From: an uncultured Pseudobdellovibrionaceae bacterium
GTDB taxonomy: Bacteria > Bdellovibrionota > FAC87 > UBA2466
Length of the DNA stretch: 64,000 nucleotides
NCBI GenBank assembly: GCA_964653655.1
Contig: CAZZHG010000012.1
Coordinates: 1,116-65,115 of the forward strand
Direction: 5' to 3'
The notes beneath the pieces are model-generated. The model did no database searches, was not told the DNA's origin, and worked only from the letters and a program-made list of their open reading frames with translations. Shown piece after piece: positions 47,884 through 56,157 of the stretch. Each line of letters opens with the position of its first letter. Positions within the stretch are counted from its first letter, which is position 1. Made by a program: the position numbers and the translations under genes.

Positions 47884-48912
47884 CTACGCGAGAGCCCGGC
47901 GCAGACACTGTCCCCAGAGTCTCGCGGACTCGTCCCAGGAATACTCGAGGGCCCGGGCCCGGGAGTGGCCGGAGTGGCGGAGCCGGAAATCGGGCGCCAA
48001 CGCCCCTTGAAGTTTCTCCGCCAGACTGTCCACGGAGGCCGGGTCGAAATAGTGGCCGGCGGAACCCGCGACCTCACGGAAAATTTCCGTGTCGGAAAGA
48101 AGGACCGGGCAACCACAGGCCATCGCCTCCAACGTGGGAAACCCGAACCCCTCGTGAAGCGACGGAAACACGAAGGCCGCGGCACCGGAGTAAAGCTTCC
48201 TAAGCCCCTCGTGATCGGGAAGCGGCCTCAGCTCCACCCGATCCTGAATGGCGAGGTGATGGAGATTCTCCCGCTCGGAAATCGTCCACGGTTTTCCGGC
48301 GACGATGAGCCTCGCGTTTCTTTGGAGAGCGAAAGCCCGAAGCAGAAAGTTGAAATTCTTGTAGTGCTGCCGCCCGCCCACGTAGAGAAAATAAGGCGCC
48401 TTGCCATCGGAAACCTGCTTTTCCGGAAAAAAGTGAGAGTGGCTCACCGCGGGTTTGGCGACATCCACGCGAGAAGGCTCGAGACCATAACAGGCAAGCA
48501 CATCTTTCCTCGTTTTCTCGGACAGCGCTACGACTCTCGCCGCGTGCCGAAGGTAAACCGGATAACGGCGGCGCAGCCACCGTCCCCACGGACCCTGGTA
48601 ATACTCGGGGAAAAGCTCGTGATTCAGATCGTAGACGACCGCCACCGCCACCGCGCGCGGCGCCCTTGTTTCCGTGAAATACGTCGAGAGAAAGACGAAG
48701 GGATCTTTGGCGAGGAGTCCCGCGGCGAAAGTAAACGGCGCCACTTTCCTCCGGACGTCCTCGGGCACCCCTCCGCGCGGTGGACCCGACAGCAGAAGCT
48801 CGACGTCGCAGTCCTCCTGGCGCGCGATGCGCGGAAGAAGCTCGTTGAAAAGCGTGTTGATGCCGCCGTGCTGTTGCAGCCGGTAAATCCTTCCGTCGAC
48901 GAGAATCCGCAT
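47884..48912 (-). CDS. Glycosyltransferase family 4 (mannosyltransferase-like)
   Basis: VVYDLNHE, YVGGRQHYKN, FVFPSLHEGFGFPTLEAMACGCPV. Confidence 0.93.
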   Translation of the reverse strand: MRILVDGRIYRLQQHGGINTLFNELLPRIARQEDCDVELLLSGPPRGGVPEDVRRKVAPFTFAAGLLAKDPFVFLSTYFTETRAPRAVAVAVVYDLNHELFPEYYQGPWGRWLRRRYPVYLRHAARVVALSEKTRKDVLACYGLEPSRVDVAKPAVSHSHFFPEKQVSDGKAPYFLYVGGRQHYKNFNFLLRAFALQRNARLIVAGKPWTISERENLHHLAIQDRVELRPLPDHEGLRKLYSGAAAFVFPSLHEGFGFPTLEAMACGCPVLLSDTEIFREVAGSAGHYFDPASVDSLAEKLQGALAPDFRLRHSGHSRARALEYSWDESARLWGQCLRRALA

Positions 48913-49043
48913 CGGGAAATCTTACCCGTCGTCTAGGCCTTCTGGAAACGAGAGAAACCTAGACAAGGCGCATCTCAGGGCTAGGTGCTGGGCCGAGCCC
49001 ACGGCCCCCGAATTCACCGGGAATACGGGCCCCGGAACGCGAG

Positions 49044-50027
49044 TTGCATTCTTTCAGTGGGATGGGGGGAAATCGAGGCACAACTCTGCGCCTGGGGCTC
49101 GTTATTTGGCTTTGTTGCCAAATCGCCGTCGCCGGCCCATGCGAGCGCGCTTACCGGGGACTTGGCTCGACGATAGCCCAGGAAGCAAAGAACCTGGCGC
49201 TTGCGACCATGTGGGGTCCCATCACTCTCGGCCTCGGCGTCTATCACTACCCGAAACTTTTCTCGGCCGAGGGGCGCAAATCCATCAAGCAATACCTGAG
49301 CGATACCCTGCCCCAGCTTCTGGTGTGGCTCGGCCTCATCGCGCTCGGTAACCTGGGGCACGTCGACCACGACGAGTTTTTCGACGAGACAAAGGACTTC
49401 GACGTACCGAGGGACGATGACGTAATCGTCGTCGTGAACGCGGGGACCGGGAAAGACCGAGCTTTAATCGACCGCACCATCAAGAGGCATTTCGGAAAGA
49501 ATCCTCGAGTGATCGTGCTCCACCCCGCGAACTACGAAGAAATGGTGGCGGGGCTCGAGAAAGCCAGGAGAGACTTTGGCCCCATCACGAAATTGAACGT
49601 TCTCGGCCACGGCGGCCCGGGCAGCTTCGATATCGCTAATGCAGGCGACAACGTCGCAAGGGATTCCGCCCATCCCGACTTGATGGCGAAGGACGCGAAG
49701 GTCCGGCTGATCGCCTGCCTCACGGGTTCGGGAGAACGGGGCGATGCATTTCTGGAAACCTTCGCCGACAAGTTCCTGCTGAGGGGCGGAGAGATTGCGG
49801 CGAGCCGGGTGCTTGTCATGGGATCGCCGAGTGACGGCATTTCGGTGGAAAGCGGGTGGGACGTGCCCGAAGGACTCGCGTACGAAAGCACGAACCTCGC
49901 AGTGAAAGCGGTGCAAACCCCCGTCCGAGTCATGGCCCCGATCTTCGCGGGAATAGACTCCAAAGTCGCCTGGAACGAGATGTTCGCCTGGAATCAAATC
50001 AAGCGGGTGAAGCGGAAGGCTCAGTAA
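49044..50027 (+). CDS. Exported protein with DUF4347-like (caspase/hemoglobinase-fold) domain
   Basis: Hydrophobic N-terminus; LNVLGHGGPG and VRLIACLTG; exact start uncertain. Confidence 0.6.
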   Translation: MHSFSGMGGNRGTTLRLGLVIWLCCQIAVAGPCERAYRGLGSTIAQEAKNLALATMWGPITLGLGVYHYPKLFSAEGRKSIKQYLSDTLPQLLVWLGLIALGNLGHVDHDEFFDETKDFDVPRDDDVIVVVNAGTGKDRALIDRTIKRHFGKNPRVIVLHPANYEEMVAGLEKARRDFGPITKLNVLGHGGPGSFDIANAGDNVARDSAHPDLMAKDAKVRLIACLTGSGERGDAFLETFADKFLLRGGEIAASRVLVMGSPSDGISVESGWDVPEGLAYESTNLAVKAVQTPVRVMAPIFAGIDSKVAWNEMFAWNQIKRVKRKAQ

Positions 50028-50059
50028 CTTACTATTTTGTGAGTTGGGGGTCTTTCTAA

Positions 50060-50135
50060 TGGAGCGGGAGACGGGGCTCGAACCCGCTACCTTCTCGTTG
50101 GCAACGAGATGCTCTACCAAATGAGCTACTCCCGC
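50060..50135 (-). tRNA. tRNA-Gly (anticodon GCC)
   Basis: 76-nt cloverleaf GCGGGAG...TCTCG-TTGCCAA-CGAGA...TTCGAGC...CTCCCGC-TCCA with encoded CCA. Confidence 0.98.
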
Positions 50136-50332
50136 ATCAGAAAAACCAGCGACCAAAGAGAGTTAGTTCAACCTCGCGACTTTGGCAATGGTTTCTTGCG
50201 GCGGGCCGAGGAGGGCTTGCGGCCGCCCGCACCAGCCCATTTATATGAAATCACTAACAAATTAGGCCAACATAGTTCGTTAACCGTCATCGAGTAACAT
50301 CTGATTACCGCCCAGCCAATCGGAGTCTTCGT

Positions 50333-52663
50333 ATGTACCGCTCTATCTACGCGTTCGCGTTCTTGGTAGTCCTTCTCTGCTCGGGTTTCGCGCAAGCCGA
50401 GCGCTCTCCGACCGGAACCGTGGACATCCCGCCGGCCGCCGATCGAATCTACGGCTGGGCCTACGATCCGGATCGCCCCGACGCGAGCTTGGCCATTCAC
50501 GTGTACTACGGCGGGCCCGCCGGCAGCGGAACCGGCAAGATTTACACCGCCGATTTCGCCCGGCCCGACGTAAACGCCGCTTTCAAGATCAACGGCAACC
50601 ACGGCTTCAACGTTCCCTTCGACGATGCCTTCCGCACCGGCTCGCCCGTGGGAATCTGGGTCTACGCCATAGATGCGAACGGAAATCCGAACGTCCTGAT
50701 CGGGACGAGGACCTATACGGTTAGCCCGCCGCAAGTCGCCGGCGGAAAAGTCGGCATCCTCTACCAAATCGCACAGAGCTTCGCGTGGCGAAACAATACA
50801 TTCGGCGACGCCAACTTCAGAACCATGCAAGACGTGCTTCAAGATCCGAACCTGTCGGTCGGCGACCTATATCCGCCCGTGGGTACGGGGACCTGGCCGT
50901 TCGCCAATCCCATCGACTTCGTCACCCAGACGAACCCGGTCGATACCGACGGCAAGTCTCAGCTTTACTGTTTCTTCGACGGTCAGCCGAACCGAGCCCC
51001 CTTTTTCAACGTCATTTGCCGTGACGACCGGATGCTGGCGGTAGCCAAGCGTCATGTCCGTCAGCTGACCGATCTCGGCGTGGACTTTCTGCTCATCGAC
51101 AACACGAACGCCTTCCTCGACAACTTGGATTACGGGTCGGAGGTCACCTACTTCCGTCCGATTGAGGTCTTCTTCGCAAAGTGGAAGGCGGCGGTCGCGG
51201 CCGTCCGGGCGGAGAGAAACAATCCGAATCTCCAGGTCCCGAAACTTGCGATCTGGGGCGCGGTTCCCGGCAACTCCACCTACCATACGAGGATGCTGCG
51301 CCTCTACGACGACAGCCAATACGACTCCGTCCTTTACCGCCACAACGGAAAGAAAGTCTTCTTCTACGTGGACCCGTCGGCCGGCGATCCCAACGAGAAG
51401 CGGTATCCGAGCGCGGGCGTACTCAACGAAATCGCTTCTCATAACATTTTACCCGTTCCTATGTGGACCCACTTCGGCCCGAACGGATTCGACGGCACTG
51501 CCACCCACAAATGGGATTTCGTCTCACCCTGCTTCGCCCCGGGCTCCACCACCCGCGCGACGACCAGCGTGGCGAGCGTGACGAGCTGTAACCAGTTCAT
51601 GTCGACGAATACTCCCATGGGCTCGGTGATCACGGCGACTCCGAGTTACAACATCCCGGGAGCGGTCGCGAGTCAGGCGTTCGGTTCGAGCGGAAGGCTC
51701 GGCGGCCTGACGCTGAAAAAGCAGTTCGATGCGGTATTCGCGCGCCGGCCGGATTACGTTTTCATCTCCTCCTGGAACGAGCACGGAGCCGGACCAAGCT
51801 TGTCGCCGTCCCGAGGCAGAGCGGTCGGCCTGGGAGATAAACTTCCCGCGGTCCCGACCGCGCAGTACCTGCTCGCTGAGCGGATGGTGAAGGAAGCCGC
51901 CGGGGATATATCGGCGCTCATTTACTTTCCCGCCAGCCCGGAAGCGGCGTCTGGACGGAGCAACCTTCAACGCAACTTCGGCGTCAGCTTCACCGACTAC
52001 GCGGATCTCAACCGCCAATACCCGGTGGAAGCCGCGAGACTGCGCTATTCCCATTACGTCGACGACTATGCCGCGGAATTCTCGAAAGACCTGGAACCCA
52101 CGAGAGAATACGGAACCGCTTTGTACGAAAAAGCGAAAACGCTGATTCAGCTCTACAAGAGCGGAGCTCGGAGCTGCCCGGCTACGTTGCCGGCCTGCCG
52201 AAGCGCTTCCGACTACCGCCCCGTAGCGGCCCTCCGGGATCCGGCGGGACGCTACTGGTACGGCCCGGTGTCGGCGAAGGCACCTCTGGTTTCAGCCGGT
52301 TACCGGGAAATCTGCGCTCCCAACGCCTTTCAAAGCGACTTCTGTTCCAATCCCGCCGACCCTTACGTGGCCCAAGGCCCATTCCTCGCATACGAAACGA
52401 ACCTGCCAGGTACCCAACCCCTCACTCGCTGCCGCAACACCAACAACGGCGCGTATTGGTTCACCGCAAACTCCGCCGAGTGCGGCATCAATCCCGCATA
52501 CAGAAACGACGGGGTAATCGGATACGTGGCGATAACCAAGTCGAAAGAGATGACCCGCGTTCTCAACCGCTGCTACAAGCCCGGGGGATTTCACTTCATC
52601 GCGGTCGACGAACCTTGCCCCGTGGGTACAAACGGGGAAGGCGTCCTCGGCTACGTTCACTGA
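50333..52663 (+). CDS. Large secreted multidomain protein with GH99/GH71-like TIM barrel
   Basis: Signal peptide; N-terminal GWAYDPD Ig-like module; GVDFLLIDNTN and FISSWNEH; Cys-rich C-terminal repeats (PLTRC, VLNRC..HF). Confidence 0.72.
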   Translation: MYRSIYAFAFLVVLLCSGFAQAERSPTGTVDIPPAADRIYGWAYDPDRPDASLAIHVYYGGPAGSGTGKIYTADFARPDVNAAFKINGNHGFNVPFDDAFRTGSPVGIWVYAIDANGNPNVLIGTRTYTVSPPQVAGGKVGILYQIAQSFAWRNNTFGDANFRTMQDVLQDPNLSVGDLYPPVGTGTWPFANPIDFVTQTNPVDTDGKSQLYCFFDGQPNRAPFFNVICRDDRMLAVAKRHVRQLTDLGVDFLLIDNTNAFLDNLDYGSEVTYFRPIEVFFAKWKAAVAAVRAERNNPNLQVPKLAIWGAVPGNSTYHTRMLRLYDDSQYDSVLYRHNGKKVFFYVDPSAGDPNEKRYPSAGVLNEIASHNILPVPMWTHFGPNGFDGTATHKWDFVSPCFAPGSTTRATTSVASVTSCNQFMSTNTPMGSVITATPSYNIPGAVASQAFGSSGRLGGLTLKKQFDAVFARRPDYVFISSWNEHGAGPSLSPSRGRAVGLGDKLPAVPTAQYLLAERMVKEAAGDISALIYFPASPEAASGRSNLQRNFGVSFTDYADLNRQYPVEAARLRYSHYVDDYAAEFSKDLEPTREYGTALYEKAKTLIQLYKSGARSCPATLPACRSASDYRPVAALRDPAGRYWYGPVSAKAPLVSAGYREICAPNAFQSDFCSNPADPYVAQGPFLAYETNLPGTQPLTRCRNTNNGAYWFTANSAECGINPAYRNDGVIGYVAITKSKEMTRVLNRCYKPGGFHFIAVDEPCPVGTNGEGVLGYVH

Positions 52664-52672
52664 AATGGAAGT

Positions 52673-53968
52673 CTAAACCTGAACCCTGGGAAGGCGGAGC
52701 ACGAACCGGGGAAAGGGCGAACGCTTGTCCAGAAATAATTTCCCGCCGTGGTCCTCGGCGATTCCTTTCGAAATACTGAGGCCGAGCCCGGTTCCCTTGC
52801 CCACCGTCTTGGTCGTGAAGAATGGCTCGAAAAGGCGGTCCTGAATCGAGGGGGCGATCGGCGGCCCCGAATTGGAAACGGAGATTTCCACGTAAGAGGA
52901 CTGCTCCAGAACCGAGAGGCGAATCCATTTCGTGGAAAGCTTGGCCACCGCGTCGTGAGCGTTACCGAGCAGGTTGAGAAGGATTTGCGAAACCTGGATC
53001 GCCCGGCACTCCAGGCTGAGCGCCTCGGGAATCTCGTCGGTAAGAAGCCGTACCTGATGAAACGCGAGCTTTTCGGAGCACAGAGTAAGCGTGTCGTCGA
53101 TAATCCGGCGCAAGTCTTCCTTCTGAAACGAGTCCCGGCTTCCGTCCCGGGAAAAGGCCCGCAGGCCGCTGACGATCTTGGAAATGCGCTTCACCGTGCG
53201 CTCGATCTTCTGATTGAACTCGATGATGCGCTCCCTATCGATGGGTTCGGTCATCACGAGATGGGGAATCTTCTCGGAAGCAAGCCCGATGATGGCAAGC
53301 GGAGTGTTGATCTCGTGGGCGATGCCCCCCGCCATTTCGCCGAGGGCGGCCATCTTGGACGCGGCGACTCCGCGCTGAAACTGGGCCGCAAGTTTCTTTT
53401 CGGCTTCCTCGCGCGAATGCACTTCCCCCTGCAGCCGGTCGCAGAACTCCAGCATGCTGTTCTCGAGACCCTGTTTGAGAGTGATGTCTTGAACCACGCA
53501 GACCGTGCCGCGGGTCTCCCCGGACTCCGTCAGCAAGGGCGACAACGCCACGTTGTAGGTGCGCACGAGCGGCGGACAGAGAAATTCGCGTACCTCGATC
53601 TCTTTCAAGGACTGCGCGGGCTTAAGAAATCCGTTCTCCGAGAGCAGATCAAAGGGCTCTTTGCCAGGCGAGTCCGCCTGCAGGACGGAGAGAATCTGTT
53701 TCGCGGCCGAATTCAGGTAAATGATGCGGTCGTTTTCGTCGGTGATTACCTGAGCGGAGCCCGCGAGCAGAATGGAGTTGCAAGACCCGAGGCTCATAGC
53801 GAGCTTCGGGTCCAAGTCCTGGCGGATGAGACTCACGAGCTCGACGGGCGTGATCTTATCCAAAGTCAGACCACGTTCTTTCAGGGAGACCTCGAGGAGC
53901 GCCTTGGCGAACAGAGGGGTGATCGTGGAGAGCTTGGTAAGCAGCGACTGGTATAGAGCCTCGATCAT
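52673..53968 (-). CDS. Cytoplasmic PAS sensor histidine kinase (NtrB-like)
   Basis: PAS (ITDENDRIIYLN), GEMAGGIAHEINTPL, NLLGNAHDA, FEPFFTTK..GKGTGLGL; no TM segments. Confidence 0.93.
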   Translation of the reverse strand: MIEALYQSLLTKLSTITPLFAKALLEVSLKERGLTLDKITPVELVSLIRQDLDPKLAMSLGSCNSILLAGSAQVITDENDRIIYLNSAAKQILSVLQADSPGKEPFDLLSENGFLKPAQSLKEIEVREFLCPPLVRTYNVALSPLLTESGETRGTVCVVQDITLKQGLENSMLEFCDRLQGEVHSREEAEKKLAAQFQRGVAASKMAALGEMAGGIAHEINTPLAIIGLASEKIPHLVMTEPIDRERIIEFNQKIERTVKRISKIVSGLRAFSRDGSRDSFQKEDLRRIIDDTLTLCSEKLAFHQVRLLTDEIPEALSLECRAIQVSQILLNLLGNAHDAVAKLSTKWIRLSVLEQSSYVEISVSNSGPPIAPSIQDRLFEPFFTTKTVGKGTGLGLSISKGIAEDHGGKLFLDKRSPFPRFVLRLPRVQV

Positions 53969-54657
53969 TTAACCCGGCCCTCGAAAAGTCCGGCGTGCTC
54001 CTTCTTGTAGTCGCGGATGAATCCCTGAAGGCGATTCGGATGCGCCATGATGAACCGGCAGTAGGCGTCGCCCTTCGCACGACAGAGGATTTCCTCCGCC
54101 ACGAGCGGGACGCCGAAACTTTCCGCGCACCAGCCCGAGGAATAGCCTGCGTTCATGAAGCAGGCGCAGAAGGAAGTCTTTCGTCCTATCGCCAGCCAGG
54201 AGTCGGCCTCGAAGGACTGGGGATGATCGTAGAGGAGATAGAAGTCTTCGTCCGGGGTAGGCTTACTCTTCTCGGAAATATCGACAAAGGCCCAGCCGGC
54301 GTAGGCGAAATGAACGGGACCAGCCGACAGCTTCGCAATCGGATCCGAGACACCGGTCACGGCGTGAAAACGAAGGGCGTCCGCCCGGCCCATGCTATGA
54401 GCCATGTCGAACAACACGATGGACGACGCTTGCTGCGCCTCGCTCTCCACGAGACCGGGATACATCGCCCTGATGAAATCGAAAAAATTCACGGACAGAG
54501 AGGCCGCCCGCATGAGTACGTAGCGCTCTCCATTTATGTTGATGGTTCCCTTGGAAGGATCTTCCTGCCTCGTCTCGAAATAGCGGCTCACGAACGTTTC
54601 GGCCGTCTGAAACAGCGGCTCGAAGGACGGAGGGACTCGAACGGTCTTCAAATTCAT
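53965..54657 (-). CDS. XylR_N/V4R (4VR) ligand-binding domain protein
   Basis: GERYVL, GPVHFAYAGWA, SFEA, C..NAGYSSGWC..SFG..LVAEEILCRAKGDAYCRF; ATGA overlap with the kinase. Confidence 0.88.
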   Translation of the reverse strand: MNLKTVRVPPSFEPLFQTAETFVSRYFETRQEDPSKGTININGERYVLMRAASLSVNFFDFIRAMYPGLVESEAQQASSIVLFDMAHSMGRADALRFHAVTGVSDPIAKLSAGPVHFAYAGWAFVDISEKSKPTPDEDFYLLYDHPQSFEADSWLAIGRKTSFCACFMNAGYSSGWCAESFGVPLVAEEILCRAKGDAYCRFIMAHPNRLQGFIRDYKKEHAGLFEGRVK

Positions 54658-54727
54658 GGTGCTCCCCGGTGCGGGCCCATTTTAGTCCGGGGAATCCGAA
54701 CGCCTAGTCAATTTTGTCGGAAATGAG

Positions 54728-55378
54728 TTAGAAAAACTTCAGTGTGACGCGGCGATTCTTACTCTGATTTTCGGGTATTGGCCGGCCGCTTTTATCCCGA
54801 TTGGCGACCAGAGGCTGAGTTTGGCCGTAGGCGAGAATCACGGTCCGCTGTTCGACTTCCGGAGGAAGGCTCAAGGACCCTAGAACGGACAGAGCCCGCT
54901 TCGCCGACAGGTCCCAGTTGCTGCCCACCGAGCTGGTGTGGATCGGAGTGTCGTCCGTATGCCCTTCGATGCCGATGCGGTAAGGAGCCGGGACTTTTCC
55001 GAGGGCTTTGGCGAGGGAGCCCATCAGCTTGCGGCCGCGGTCGTGAAGCTGAAACTTGCCGCTGGAAAAGAACACCTGGTCCTTGATCTCGACCAGAAGC
55101 TCTCCGCCTTTTCGTTTCACGACGATCTGATCCTGAAGCCCGCTCTTGGTCACCCACTGGGTGACGCTTCCCTGGATGTCGCCCACGGGATCCTTCACCC
55201 GCCGGTTTCCGAGGGCGGAGAGAATGTTCATGATGTCGGCCTGCTTCATCTGCTTGGCCGCGAAGCTGTACAGGGTTACAAAGAAGATGAAGAGCAGAAT
55301 CATCAGATCGCTCAAGCTCACGAGCCAGAGAAACTCTCCGCTTTCACCTTGGCGCCTTCTTCGAAAATAGCGTCGCAT
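54728..55378 (-). CDS. motB: MotB/PomB-type stator B subunit with OmpA-like peptidoglycan-binding domain
   Basis: TM WLVSLSDLMILLFIFFV with the conserved Asp; IEGHTDDTPI, NWDLSAKRA, AYGQTQP, NRRV. Confidence 0.9.
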   Translation of the reverse strand: MRRYFRRRRQGESGEFLWLVSLSDLMILLFIFFVTLYSFAAKQMKQADIMNILSALGNRRVKDPVGDIQGSVTQWVTKSGLQDQIVVKRKGGELLVEIKDQVFFSSGKFQLHDRGRKLMGSLAKALGKVPAPYRIGIEGHTDDTPIHTSSVGSNWDLSAKRALSVLGSLSLPPEVEQRTVILAYGQTQPLVANRDKSGRPIPENQSKNRRVTLKFF

Positions 55379-56157
55379 CAGGCAACCCGTTTGAGCTTAG
55401 GCTTGGCGTCGTCGGCGATTTCCGCCGTATCGGCGAAGTAAGAAGTGGGCTTACGCTTCTCGAGCAGCTCGAGCCAGCGAAGCGTCTGATCGAAACCATG
55501 CATTTCGAGAGACAGAAGCTTTTCGATCTTCTGCTGAATCGGCGTCCAGACCGCGAGCGAGAAGAAAAGACCGTAGAACGTGGTGAGCAGCGCAAGTCCC
55601 ATGGCGGATCCGATTTTGGAGGGGTCCTCCAAAGTCGAGAGCAAGCGCACCATGCCCATGATGGTCCCGAGCATGCCGATGGACGGAGTGAGACGAACCG
55701 CGGAGCTGACGACATTTACCGCCTGCACCAGCTCGGATTCCCGACGGCCCTGATCAATCGAAGAGAGATCGCGGATGTCGGCGGTGGGCATTCGCAGAGA
55801 AAGCCGCTCCACCACCTTCTCCACGAAAGGCGTGAGCCCTCCGGCCTTGGCCGAGTCGAAAGCCTTCTGGCCGCCGTCGTAGAAACTCTTTCCCAGCTCG
55901 TGCAAGAACATCGCTTCTTTCGTCGACTTCTTCTTTAGACGCCCGGGCGAACGGAACATCGCCATTCCGAAAGCACGGAAAACTTCCCCCGCGTCGAAGC
56001 ACAGAAAAAGAAGGGCGATGGGACCGAGTCCCGTCAGTACCATGGCGGGCCAGTGAAAGAGGCGCAAGAGCCCCACGGCTTCCGAGGTGCCTTCGTACTC
56101 GAAGACGATCCACAGACAGGCCACCACTCCGGCAAATCCGAACAAACGCGTAATCAT
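55378..56157 (-). CDS. motA: MotA/PomA-type stator A subunit
   Basis: Four TM segments with a large cytoplasmic loop; PSIGMLGTIMGMV, LEDPSKIGSAMGLALLTTFYG; TGATG coupling to motB. Confidence 0.9.
   Translation of the reverse strand: MITRLFGFAGVVACLWIVFEYEGTSEAVGLLRLFHWPAMVLTGLGPIALLFLCFDAGEVFRAFGMAMFRSPGRLKKKSTKEAMFLHELGKSFYDGGQKAFDSAKAGGLTPFVEKVVERLSLRMPTADIRDLSSIDQGRRESELVQAVNVVSSAVRLTPSIGMLGTIMGMVRLLSTLEDPSKIGSAMGLALLTTFYGLFFSLAVWTPIQQKIEKLLSLEMHGFDQTLRWLELLEKRKPTSYFADTAEIADDAKPKLKRVA

Noticed and set aside
41431-50135. tRNA-Gly-anchored genomic island containing the glycan cluster
   Set aside because: No integrase, no duplicated tRNA 3' end (TGGAGCGGGAGACGG) seen elsewhere in the window, and no clear GC shift.
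54728-56157. Annotating the stator pair as TolQ/TolR or ExbB/ExbD
   Set aside because: The A subunit has four TMs with a large cytoplasmic loop, and the B subunit has an OmpA-like peptidoglycan-binding domain; both are MotA/MotB features.
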